From assembly GCA_963782915.1 (NCBI GenBank), contig CAWALK010000022.1, positions 128,001-192,000 of the forward strand: DNA of 64,000 nt, in the 5' to 3' direction. Source of the stretch: an uncultured archaeon (GTDB lineage: Archaea; Thermoproteota; Bathyarchaeia; Bathyarchaeales; Bathycorpusculaceae). A program made the position numbers and the translations under genes. Below, in pieces: positions 50,072-58,452 of the stretch. Numbering within the stretch: the first letter of the stretch is position 1; each line of letters begins with the position of its first letter. The notes under the pieces were generated by a model. It ran no database searches, was not told where the DNA came from, and saw only the letters and a program-made list of their open reading frames with translations.

Positions 50072-51241
50072 TTATAATCCAACAATTAGGAGCAAAGTTA
50101 GAAACAACGCAACGGTTGTCAACGCATCCGCCAATGAGCTTCCGACAGGTATCACAAAGTTGTCGGGATCTAAACCTCGCTTAAATGTCAAAATCGAGAT
50201 GCCGTAGGATACAAGAACAATAAGCGTGAAGGCAATCACGTTAGAAATCAAAAGTATAACTAACAAACTGGTGAGTCCTGCTACTGTGAGGACACCATCG
50301 ATTGCCAACGCCAACACACCCACCACTACAAACAGCATAACCGTAGCTGCCCACGCGCTAAAAATATTCTTCGCATGATTCTTTATCGACGAGAAAGATG
50401 GCGCGAGAACTCCCAAGGTAAGTTTAACGGTGGCGGCGGAACTAACGACTAATCCTGCGTCGCCCATCATATCAATCATTGCTGGGTAGACTGTGTAGAT
50501 TTCTCTGCGGCCATCAACTAAGCTGCTTATGCTTTTGAGTAAAGTCCCAGTTATGTTAACCATGACGGCGACCAGAAGCATGGTTGGCAGTGATTCTTTG
50601 ATGATTCTGCGGAACTCTGCTGTTCGAATGTTTAGCGGCAGAATAAACAGTACCAAGAAGACGTTGATGAGGCCAAACAGGATTATGATGCCCTGACCGA
50701 CTATGCCCGAGAAGTACAGATGCAAGACGCCTATGTAGAGAAAAGTGATTATGATGTTTGCGACTGTTGAAATGGCTGGGTAAACGATTGTGTCGGGGTC
50801 TAAGCTTCTCTTGAAGGAGACGAATGTAAATTGAACTGTTATTAATGTGATCAGCAGCCCCAAAGAGAGCGTAGCAACCATAACTGTTAGGATAGCTGGG
50901 AAATCGGCGATTGTAGTTCCCCAAAACAGGATTCCAAACGGAATGGAGATAATGCTGATTGTAGCGCTGGTTGCTAAAGTTATGACAACCATGGCTCCGA
51001 TGAGTTTGTAAAAGCTTTTTGTGTTTCCAAAAAACTTTGGGTAAACAGTGCCTAAATATAGCGCCGTACTCAAGCGTCCAGTAAGCAATCCCGTGATAAC
51101 GGCTTTTACGCTGATAACTGCTGGGTACAATGCTAGCGCCCACGGCGAAAGCTGAAAAATCCCAAGTTGCAGTGCAATCACGAAGCCAGCGATTAAGCTG
51201 CCCACGTCAAAGAGGCATGCTAGCGTGGTCTCTTTAAACAT
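50072..51241 (-). CDS. MgtE/SLC41-type divalent cation transporter with duplicated membrane domain
   Basis: GRLSTAL, LDPDTIV and GLDPDNFVIP..SSLAD motifs; about 10 TM segments. Confidence 0.88.
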   Translation of the reverse strand: MFKETTLACLFDVGSLIAGFVIALQLGIFQLSPWALALYPAVISVKAVITGLLTGRLSTALYLGTVYPKFFGNTKSFYKLIGAMVVITLATSATISIISIPFGILFWGTTIADFPAILTVMVATLSLGLLITLITVQFTFVSFKRSLDPDTIVYPAISTVANIIITFLYIGVLHLYFSGIVGQGIIILFGLINVFLVLFILPLNIRTAEFRRIIKESLPTMLLVAVMVNITGTLLKSISSLVDGRREIYTVYPAMIDMMGDAGLVVSSAATVKLTLGVLAPSFSSIKNHAKNIFSAWAATVMLFVVVGVLALAIDGVLTVAGLTSLLVILLISNVIAFTLIVLVSYGISILTFKRGLDPDNFVIPVGSSLADALTTVALFLTLLLIVGL

Positions 51242-51550
51242 TCCAAAGAAACTTTGAGAGATCCCCGCATGTGCTATAACCGCCGCCTCCTAATTCATGT
51301 TTTAGTCTAAAACCTCGCAGGTTCCTTTTTTGCGATTAAGTATAGTTGACGCTATCGCGGCTATAGAATTTTGGGTCCTGTGGACGTTCTCCATATTAAT
51401 CGCCTCTAATTGTTTGGCTGTCCACAGTCACTTATGCGCTGTGCGGGCTGCCAAAGCCTCATTTACTGCCAGATAAAGTTCCTGAAGAGACAGCTAAATC
51501 TTAAAAAGGTTCTGCACAGCATCTGCTGCTGGTTACCTTGAGCTTTATGG

Positions 51551-51620
51551 GTTTTCTATAGTTTGTTGTAGTGAAAAATCCCCTATACACAACAACCACG
51601 GGTTTGTGTGGCTGCTTGCC
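51551..51620 (+). repeat. Partial dispersed repeat copy
   Basis: TTTTCTATAGTTTGTTG..AAAAATCCCCTATACACAACAACC matches rc 206-334. Confidence 0.65.
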
Positions 51621-51628
51621 TCTAATTT

Positions 51629-52399
51629 TTAAATCACTTGGAACGCTATTTCTATCAGGCTTATGGTAACGGCAATTAGGCATGCGCCGAAGATGTTCCT
51701 TGTTTTCCAAGTCACGAAAAGCATGGCGGCGAACGTGAGTGCGCTGCATATCTGCCATGGCAACGAATTAGACATATAGCTCTGATAAGCCAGCCACGCG
51801 ATAACCGCGAGCAGCAGGGTGTTTTCTTTTCCGACATATCGATTGAAGAGGATGCCCACGAAGAACACGGTTTGCAGCACAACCGAGACTACGCTGACAA
51901 GAACAATCCAAAGGACCATGCCTCCTTGGGTGTATCCCTGGACCCATTGCTGATGAAACATGGCATTTGTCGCCAAAAAGAGTGCGGCGGCAAAGACTAA
52001 TCCAGCGGCGCTGTAAGCAATTGTCTTTTTCCAGTTGCTAATTCTGAAACCCAACTCGTTAACTGTGATGTGCCTATTCAATGCCAGTATTGCCAGGATT
52101 GGAACAACCGTGTAGGCTACGACGTTTGTTAATGCATAGTTGAGGGTTAAGTTGTTATCGAAGAGTGGGCGCTCGGGTAAAGAGATGGCAAACACTTGCT
52201 GTATTATGATGCCGTGGAACGTCTGGAAGACAAAGCCCAGGAGAAAGACTAGTAGTGTCAACTCGAACAGCTTGGTTTGCTTATGTCTTAGTTTTAGGAT
52301 AGCTGCGATTCCGAAAACAATTAGGGAAACTGCGAGGGTGGTGGCGTTTATTCCGATTGGTCCAAAATACATTGGTCGGGCGTAGATTGGGATGCTCAT
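51629..52399 (-). CDS. Multi-pass membrane protein, CPBP/Abi-like but degenerate
   Basis: ELGFR, VLQTVFFVGILFNRY, WKTRNIFG patterns of the CPBP fold. Confidence 0.6.
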   Translation of the reverse strand: MSIPIYARPMYFGPIGINATTLAVSLIVFGIAAILKLRHKQTKLFELTLLVFLLGFVFQTFHGIIIQQVFAISLPERPLFDNNLTLNYALTNVVAYTVVPILAILALNRHITVNELGFRISNWKKTIAYSAAGLVFAAALFLATNAMFHQQWVQGYTQGGMVLWIVLVSVVSVVLQTVFFVGILFNRYVGKENTLLLAVIAWLAYQSYMSNSLPWQICSALTFAAMLFVTWKTRNIFGACLIAVTISLIEIAFQVI

Positions 52400-52511
52400 G
52401 TGCGGTCGGTAGGCCCTTGGTAGTTTGGGGAGATATGCTTTGAGGTACAGTTGTTTACGTGAGCCAGCGGGGTTTTGTAGGCTCGGTTGATGCTTCTGTA
52501 TTCGACTTTCT

Positions 52512-52615
52512 GTTTTTAGTTTAAGAAGAAATAACAGTTGCCCTTACTCATCATCTAGCAGCGGATTTTGGGGGCGTTGCGTTTTTGCGTGTGCGTTTGG
52601 TCGGGGTTGAAGCTT
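52512..52615 (+). repeat. Dispersed repeat copy
   Basis: Exact CCCTTACTCATCATCT (52541-52556) shared with 7196-7211; similar downstream TTTTTG..TGCG.TTGGT. Confidence 0.65.
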
Positions 52616-52622
52616 CAAGAGA

Positions 52623-54695
52623 TTATTGCTTGGTTTTCGGCTGGTAAACGCACCATGGGTCCTCAGTCAAGTAATCCTTTTGTTGCTCCGCTGGCACATG
52701 GAGATCGCCGCAGTAGTCGATGAAGTCGCTTGAGAGGCCATAGGCGCGGGCTCTGCAGCCGCCGCATAGCGTCTTATATTCGCATGCGCCGCATTTTCCC
52801 TTAAGAGTGTCTAGATTGCGTAGGTTTTTGAATACCTCTGAGTTGAACCAGATATCTTTGAAGCTTTGCTCGCGGATGTTGCCTAACTTGATTGGCAGGT
52901 ATGGGCAGGGGGTTACGTCGCCGTTGGGGTAGATGCGGCAGTAGTGCATTCCAGCGAGGCAACCGCGAACCCATTGCCTCATGTCTAAACCCATGCCTTG
53001 TGCGATTCGCATGAACTGCGGGGCGCAAGAGGGTTTAACGTTTAGTCTATGCTTGTGGACTTTGGCAAACGTGTTAGTTATCATTTCCTCGTATTTCTCT
53101 GGCGAAATGTCGGTTAATTTGACACCGCGCCCTGTTGGTACAAGGAAGAATAGGTGGAAGTTTTCGACGCCTATGGATTCGGCGAGTGTCATGATGTCGT
53201 CTATTTGGTTGTAGTTGTCATGTGTGAGGGTGGTGTTAACTTGTACTAGGATACCGTTGTTTCGTAGTGCTTTGCAGGCGTTTACTGCTTTATCCCATGC
53301 GCCCGTTACTCCTCTGAATTCATCATGCTGCGCTGGAATGCTTGAATCTATACTGATTGAGACAGTAGCGATGCCTGCTGCTTTAAGTTTCTTGGCCATA
53401 TCCTCGTCGATTAAGTAGCCGTTGCTTCCCAACCCTATCTTCAATCCTTTCTTTGAGCCGTACTCGATGAGCTCGAAAATGTCTTGCCGCAGTAGTGGTT
53501 CGCCGCCGCTAAGGATAAGCAATGGGCTGCTGACCTGGTGGATTTGGTCAATTACATTTTTTGCTTCTTTGGTGGTTAATTCGTCGTCGAGTTTCTTGTC
53601 TGTAGCGTTGATGTAGCAGTGGCTGCATTTCATATTGCATTCGCGGGTCACGTTATAGGACATGACTAGTGGAACAAACCGCTCTTGTGACTTGGCTTCT
53701 GGTGAATAAGCCATTTTTAGGTAGTATTCACATACGCCGTCTTTAGCCATGAGTTTAGGCTGCCACAGGGTGAATGGGAAGGGGAGGACTGTGTCGAGCA
53801 TGGCTTTGGCGTGTGCAAAGCAGAAGTGGTTACAGAAGAGAGCGGATACTTTGGAGTCGATGCCGTATTTTTCTTGGGCATAGTGGTGGCCGCCATGGAT
53901 GGGGCAGTTGAGGAACTCCATTTTGCCGTCGAGTGTTGATCCATCCATCGCCATGTTGATGAAGTGGTCTGCCAGCATGACCGATTGGAGTTTTTCCCGG
54001 CGCATCCCGACTTTAAGCGTTACGTCGAGAGCGATGTTAACGGTTTTTTGGCCAAAATCATCTTTGACTTTTACCATTGCCGCTTCAACTGTTTCGTAAC
54101 CCATGGTTTTCACGAGTTCACTCAAAACGAGGAGGCCTTTGATTGTCTCGTATTCTTGAGTAAACCTCATTAAAACAACTTGTTGTGCCCAATCGTCAAA
54201 CAGCTTCTCCAGCGCTTGGGCTGCTTTGGGGTCTTTGTTTGTTAGCTGGGTTTCGATATTCTTTTGGGTTTGTTTTAACTTGGTGAATAATGCGATTTTT
54301 TCTTCGCTGTTTAAGTGTTTAGTTTCGGCTATAACATCCGCGTCATAGCTTAGTTGCATGGTGCCTTTGGTTAATTCCTTGGCATCAGCGTAGAATTCGC
54401 CATAAATATTGTTTAGTCCTGAGGTGACGTTGGGTAAAGGAACGTTTAGTTCGTCGAGTAGGACTTGGGTTTCGGACTCCATTTTGGTAACCATAGCCAT
54501 ATGGTAGAGCAAGGAACCTGCCATGCCGGGGTCGGCCTGTTTGCCCATTACGCCGGCGAAGATTTGACCGCTTAGTTTTTTGGCTGTATCAAAATCTTGT
54601 TTTTCAATAGCGCATAAAGCTTGGTCAAGTTTAGCTTTGCGTTCAGTTAGAAGTTGTGCCCATTTATGGCAGTGCCTAACATCAAAGTTGGTCAT
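52623..54695 (-). CDS. Radical SAM/SPASM protein (AhbC/AhbD/NirJ-like) with ~340-aa N-terminal extension
   Basis: CNMKCSHC, SGGEPL, HDEFRG, GCLAG..C.I.P.GDVTPC, KCGACEY..CGGCRARA, EDPWC. Confidence 0.9.
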   Translation of the reverse strand: MTNFDVRHCHKWAQLLTERKAKLDQALCAIEKQDFDTAKKLSGQIFAGVMGKQADPGMAGSLLYHMAMVTKMESETQVLLDELNVPLPNVTSGLNNIYGEFYADAKELTKGTMQLSYDADVIAETKHLNSEEKIALFTKLKQTQKNIETQLTNKDPKAAQALEKLFDDWAQQVVLMRFTQEYETIKGLLVLSELVKTMGYETVEAAMVKVKDDFGQKTVNIALDVTLKVGMRREKLQSVMLADHFINMAMDGSTLDGKMEFLNCPIHGGHHYAQEKYGIDSKVSALFCNHFCFAHAKAMLDTVLPFPFTLWQPKLMAKDGVCEYYLKMAYSPEAKSQERFVPLVMSYNVTRECNMKCSHCYINATDKKLDDELTTKEAKNVIDQIHQVSSPLLILSGGEPLLRQDIFELIEYGSKKGLKIGLGSNGYLIDEDMAKKLKAAGIATVSISIDSSIPAQHDEFRGVTGAWDKAVNACKALRNNGILVQVNTTLTHDNYNQIDDIMTLAESIGVENFHLFFLVPTGRGVKLTDISPEKYEEMITNTFAKVHKHRLNVKPSCAPQFMRIAQGMGLDMRQWVRGCLAGMHYCRIYPNGDVTPCPYLPIKLGNIREQSFKDIWFNSEVFKNLRNLDTLKGKCGACEYKTLCGGCRARAYGLSSDFIDYCGDLHVPAEQQKDYLTEDPWCVYQPKTKQ

Positions 54696-54842
54696 GCGTC
54701 CACACCCTTAAAGCATAAGGATTGACACTTGACCCTAAAAAAGGCTAGCAATGAATTGTTGCTTACCATCGATGCATCTTGCATGTTTACGTTGACCCAA
54801 TAAACTAATTAGGCGCCATTGGGAACATAGCCAACTAGAAGG

Positions 54843-55163
54843 GTGTACCGTTTGGATTTAGACGCAAACATGATTAACTTAATTCTGGCTTTAGTCGGTT
54901 TCCTAATAATGTTCGGATATCTCGGCGGCATAGGTATCAACAAGCCTCGTGGAATGAGCATGAAAACCTGGTGCATGGGCTATTTAGGCATCGCAATCGT
55001 TTTCGATGTGTTAGCCGTTGTCGGTATGGCTTTTGGTTATATGTGGTTAACCTATTTGCTTGTTGGTCTGGCTGCAGGTGCATCCACTGGGCTGGCATTT
55101 CATGTTGCGCATCATATTAGTGAGGAAAACGAGCACGAGCATAACCCAATGATGGGAATGTAA
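54843..55163 (+). CDS. Small three-TM membrane protein with His-rich C-terminus
   Basis: Three hydrophobic helices; FHVAHHISEENEHEH. Confidence 0.75.
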   Translation: MYRLDLDANMINLILALVGFLIMFGYLGGIGINKPRGMSMKTWCMGYLGIAIVFDVLAVVGMAFGYMWLTYLLVGLAAGASTGLAFHVAHHISEENEHEHNPMMGM

Positions 55164-55169
55164 CTCGCT

Positions 55170-56417
55170 TTACCCTTTTTTAGACTCCAACAATTCATTA
55201 AACAGTATCAAGTAATCCCTCAGCTGGCTTACGATCAAAAAGTTTTCGCGCACATGCTCACGCCCACTGACACCCATCTGCTTCGCCATCTCTCTATTCT
55301 TCAATAAACACAGCGTTCTCTCAGCCGCTTGCTCAACAGTATCCACCAAAAACCCGTTGACTCCATCAATTATTTGCAGGGGGATTCCGCCGACTTTGCG
55401 GCCGACGACAGGCACGCCTTTCCATAGCGCTTCAGCTACCGTTAAGCCGAAGCCTTCACGTGTGGACATTTGAAGCACTACCTGCGAGGCACGCTGTAAC
55501 GCGTTTACTTCATGGTCTTTGACACCTTTCAAATCCGTTAGCAAATGCACGTCTGGATCTTCACCAGCGTGTCGGGCACTCTTTTCCAAATACAGCCATC
55601 CTTCGGGATCATCCGCCGCCATACCCGCAATAAGCAGCAACTGTGCTGTTGGAAACTGCTTCTTAACTATACGATATACGTCGATTGCTCCCGAGGGGTC
55701 TTTCCATGGGTCAAAACGTCCCACTTGAGTTATGATTGGCTGGTCAGGTTTTATTTCGAAACGTTGCAGTACATCCATTACTTCTTGGTCTGTTAATTCG
55801 CGGTTCTTTTCGCTGAGCGGATTGATTGATGGGGGTCGGATTGTTAGTGTTGGTACGGTTAAGCTTGGAACTACGTACTGTTTTGCGGTGAATATTGCTG
55901 CGTCATAGCGGCTAATGTAGGATTCAAGGAACTCCCAAACGGTTAAGTTAGGTGTGGATAAGTCGACGTGGCATCGCCAAATCCATTTGTTGTTCTTGTT
56001 TGGATAGAATTGAATTAGCGCGGCTGGTTGGGCATCATGGATCATGACGATGTCTGTGTCGAGGATTGAGAGTTCACTGTTCATCTTGTTGTATTCGAGG
56101 TAGAGGCGTTCTTCCTCTTTGGACAGCGGGGCATTCATGCCTTGGAGGGCGTTGTGGATTTTTTTTGTAACTGTAAAAAAATCGAAACCACCTTTGATTA
56201 CTTCCCAATGCACATCCAAACCCGCATCCTTCATCAATGGTACTAAGCTGTGGAGGATTTCTGCTACCCCACCGCCGAAAGCTGTGGAATTCACATGAGT
56301 AACCGATTTACCCTTCAACTTATTGCCAAGTTCACGCACGACCTCAATTTGGCCCTCTTTGACTATGCCCTCAAAATCTTTAAGCTCAATTTTCTTATTC
56401 AACTCAACACTCAACAT
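55170..56417 (-). CDS. treT: Trehalose synthase (glycosyl-transferring, GT4)
   Basis: HVNSTAFGGGVAEIL, TKKIHNALQG, WRCHVD, RFDPWKD, DDPEG, EGFGLTVAEALWK. Confidence 0.92.
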   Translation of the reverse strand: MLSVELNKKIELKDFEGIVKEGQIEVVRELGNKLKGKSVTHVNSTAFGGGVAEILHSLVPLMKDAGLDVHWEVIKGGFDFFTVTKKIHNALQGMNAPLSKEEERLYLEYNKMNSELSILDTDIVMIHDAQPAALIQFYPNKNNKWIWRCHVDLSTPNLTVWEFLESYISRYDAAIFTAKQYVVPSLTVPTLTIRPPSINPLSEKNRELTDQEVMDVLQRFEIKPDQPIITQVGRFDPWKDPSGAIDVYRIVKKQFPTAQLLLIAGMAADDPEGWLYLEKSARHAGEDPDVHLLTDLKGVKDHEVNALQRASQVVLQMSTREGFGLTVAEALWKGVPVVGRKVGGIPLQIIDGVNGFLVDTVEQAAERTLCLLKNREMAKQMGVSGREHVRENFLIVSQLRDYLILFNELLESKKG

Positions 56418-56595
56418 AACAAAAAACCCCAAAAACAAAAAACAGTTATCCGCAAAAGGTTGGGACAAAGTATTATTTAGTTCGTCTGCAATAATAAATG
56501 TTGACGTTGTTGGAGTTTTAACGGTAAAATCCTAAGCTAACCGCTTTTCTGAACCTGCTATCTAATAATAACGTTAGAATCCGACACTAATTGGT

Positions 56596-58452
56596 ATGAG
56601 GAATTCTTGTTTGCATGTTGGTGCTGATTTTCAAGATGGAAGTTGTCGTTTTGTAGTGTGGGCTCCCCACTATAACCACCTCACATTGTTGCTCACGAAG
56701 GATGATCAGCATATTCCAATGGATAAAGCAGGTGGAGGTTACTGGACGCATACCGCTGAAGGTTTTGAATCCGACACCACATATATGTTCGAGCTGGAGG
56801 GCAAAGATGTTAAGCCTGATCCAGCCTCGCATTTTCAGCCCGATGGCGTTTTTGGTGGTTCACAGGTAATTGATCACGACACGTTCCGTTGGAAGGACCG
56901 TGATTGGTCGGGATTAGCCATTAAAGACCTGATTATTTATGAGTTGCATGTCGGAGCCTTTACGCCCGAGGGCACCTTTAAAGCAGTTATTCCGCGAATT
57001 AAGGACCTTCAAGAGTTAGGTATCAACGCGGTTGAATTGATGCCCATCACCCAATTCTCGGGAAAACGCAATTGGGGATACGACGGCGTGTTTCCATTTG
57101 CCGTTCAGAACAGCTACGGCACACCAGACGACCTAAAAGCTCTTGTAAACGAATGCCACCAGCACGGCGTTGCTTTGTTTGCAGATTTCGTCTTCAACCA
57201 TCTCGGTCCCGAAGGCAACTGCCTAAACAATTTCGGTCCCTACTTCCCCGATACAAAGATGGGCCTCTGGGGAGCCAACATAAACCTCGATGGACCACAA
57301 AACGATGGCGTACGAAACTACTTTTTGGAAAACACGCTGCACTGGTTTAGCCACTACCACCTAGACGGCATACGGTTAGACGCGGTGCTATCAATGCATG
57401 ACAGTAGCCCTCAACATTTTCTATCTGAACTCAACGAGAAAGTTCATTCCTACGCAGAAGGTGCGGGCAGAAAAATGCATCTTATAGCTGAAACAGGTTT
57501 CAATGTCCCCAACATTTTAGCCCCCATAAGTACTGGTGGCTGTGGCTTTGAAGCACAATGGCTGGACGATTTTCAACACGCAGTCTTTGCGCTGTTAACA
57601 GGCGAGCGAGAAGGTTACTACGGCAATTATGGCAGCATCCAAGACCTAATCGAAGCCTTAACTGACGGATATGTCTATGTGGGTGACGAAGCCGCCTACA
57701 AGCGTAATAGCCCAAGTGAATCCTATAGTTGGGTTGGCGCAGACAAACTCATCGTTTTCTCCCAAAACCATGACCAAGTAGGCAACCGCCTCTTAGGCGA
57801 CCGCTTAACAACAATAGCTGGTTTTGAAGCAGCCAAATTGGCAGCTGGCATAGTACTGCTATCACCCTACGTTCCTCTGCTGTTTATGGGTGAAGAGTAC
57901 GGGGAGACTGCGCCGTTTCTATTCTTCGCCGACTACCAAAGCAAGGAATTAGCCGATGCCGTCCGCGTCGGTCGCAAGCGGGAGTTTGCAAATTTTCATT
58001 GGCAAGGCGAAGTGCCTGACCCGTTGAGTTCGGCGACGTTTGAGAAGTCAAAGCTCAACTGGCAACAGCGCACTTCAGGGCAAGGACAAAAAATTGCGGC
58101 ATACTACCATGCCTTAATTAAGCTAAGAAAAAAATATCCGATCTTCCAAGCCCAAGTCGATAGGCAAATAAAAAATGTCTCAAACCAAGGAAGTGTACTG
58201 TTTATTCAAAAACAAAACCGAAACACCGAATCCGCCATAATCGCCAACACTCAAAACCAACCAGCTACCTACGATTTTCCGTTCGACAACGGCACCTACA
58301 CCAAGGTTCTCGATTCAGCGGATTTCGTTTTTAACGGGGGAGGTCCGACGCTTCCAACACTAGCCGCCAAAGGCGACGAGCATATGATTAGTGCATTCAA
58401 TCTGGCAGTTTATATGAAAACGCCTCATCAGGGTGTGGAGCCTATTGGCTGA
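56596..58452 (+). CDS. treZ: Malto-oligosyltrehalose trehalohydrolase
   Basis: DPASHFQPDGV, YELHVG, NWGYDGV, NHLGPEGN, DGIRLDAV, QNHDQVGNR, LFMGEEYGE. Confidence 0.94.
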   Translation: MRNSCLHVGADFQDGSCRFVVWAPHYNHLTLLLTKDDQHIPMDKAGGGYWTHTAEGFESDTTYMFELEGKDVKPDPASHFQPDGVFGGSQVIDHDTFRWKDRDWSGLAIKDLIIYELHVGAFTPEGTFKAVIPRIKDLQELGINAVELMPITQFSGKRNWGYDGVFPFAVQNSYGTPDDLKALVNECHQHGVALFADFVFNHLGPEGNCLNNFGPYFPDTKMGLWGANINLDGPQNDGVRNYFLENTLHWFSHYHLDGIRLDAVLSMHDSSPQHFLSELNEKVHSYAEGAGRKMHLIAETGFNVPNILAPISTGGCGFEAQWLDDFQHAVFALLTGEREGYYGNYGSIQDLIEALTDGYVYVGDEAAYKRNSPSESYSWVGADKLIVFSQNHDQVGNRLLGDRLTTIAGFEAAKLAAGIVLLSPYVPLLFMGEEYGETAPFLFFADYQSKELADAVRVGRKREFANFHWQGEVPDPLSSATFEKSKLNWQQRTSGQGQKIAAYYHALIKLRKKYPIFQAQVDRQIKNVSNQGSVLFIQKQNRNTESAIIANTQNQPATYDFPFDNGTYTKVLDSADFVFNGGGPTLPTLAAKGDEHMISAFNLAVYMKTPHQGVEPIG

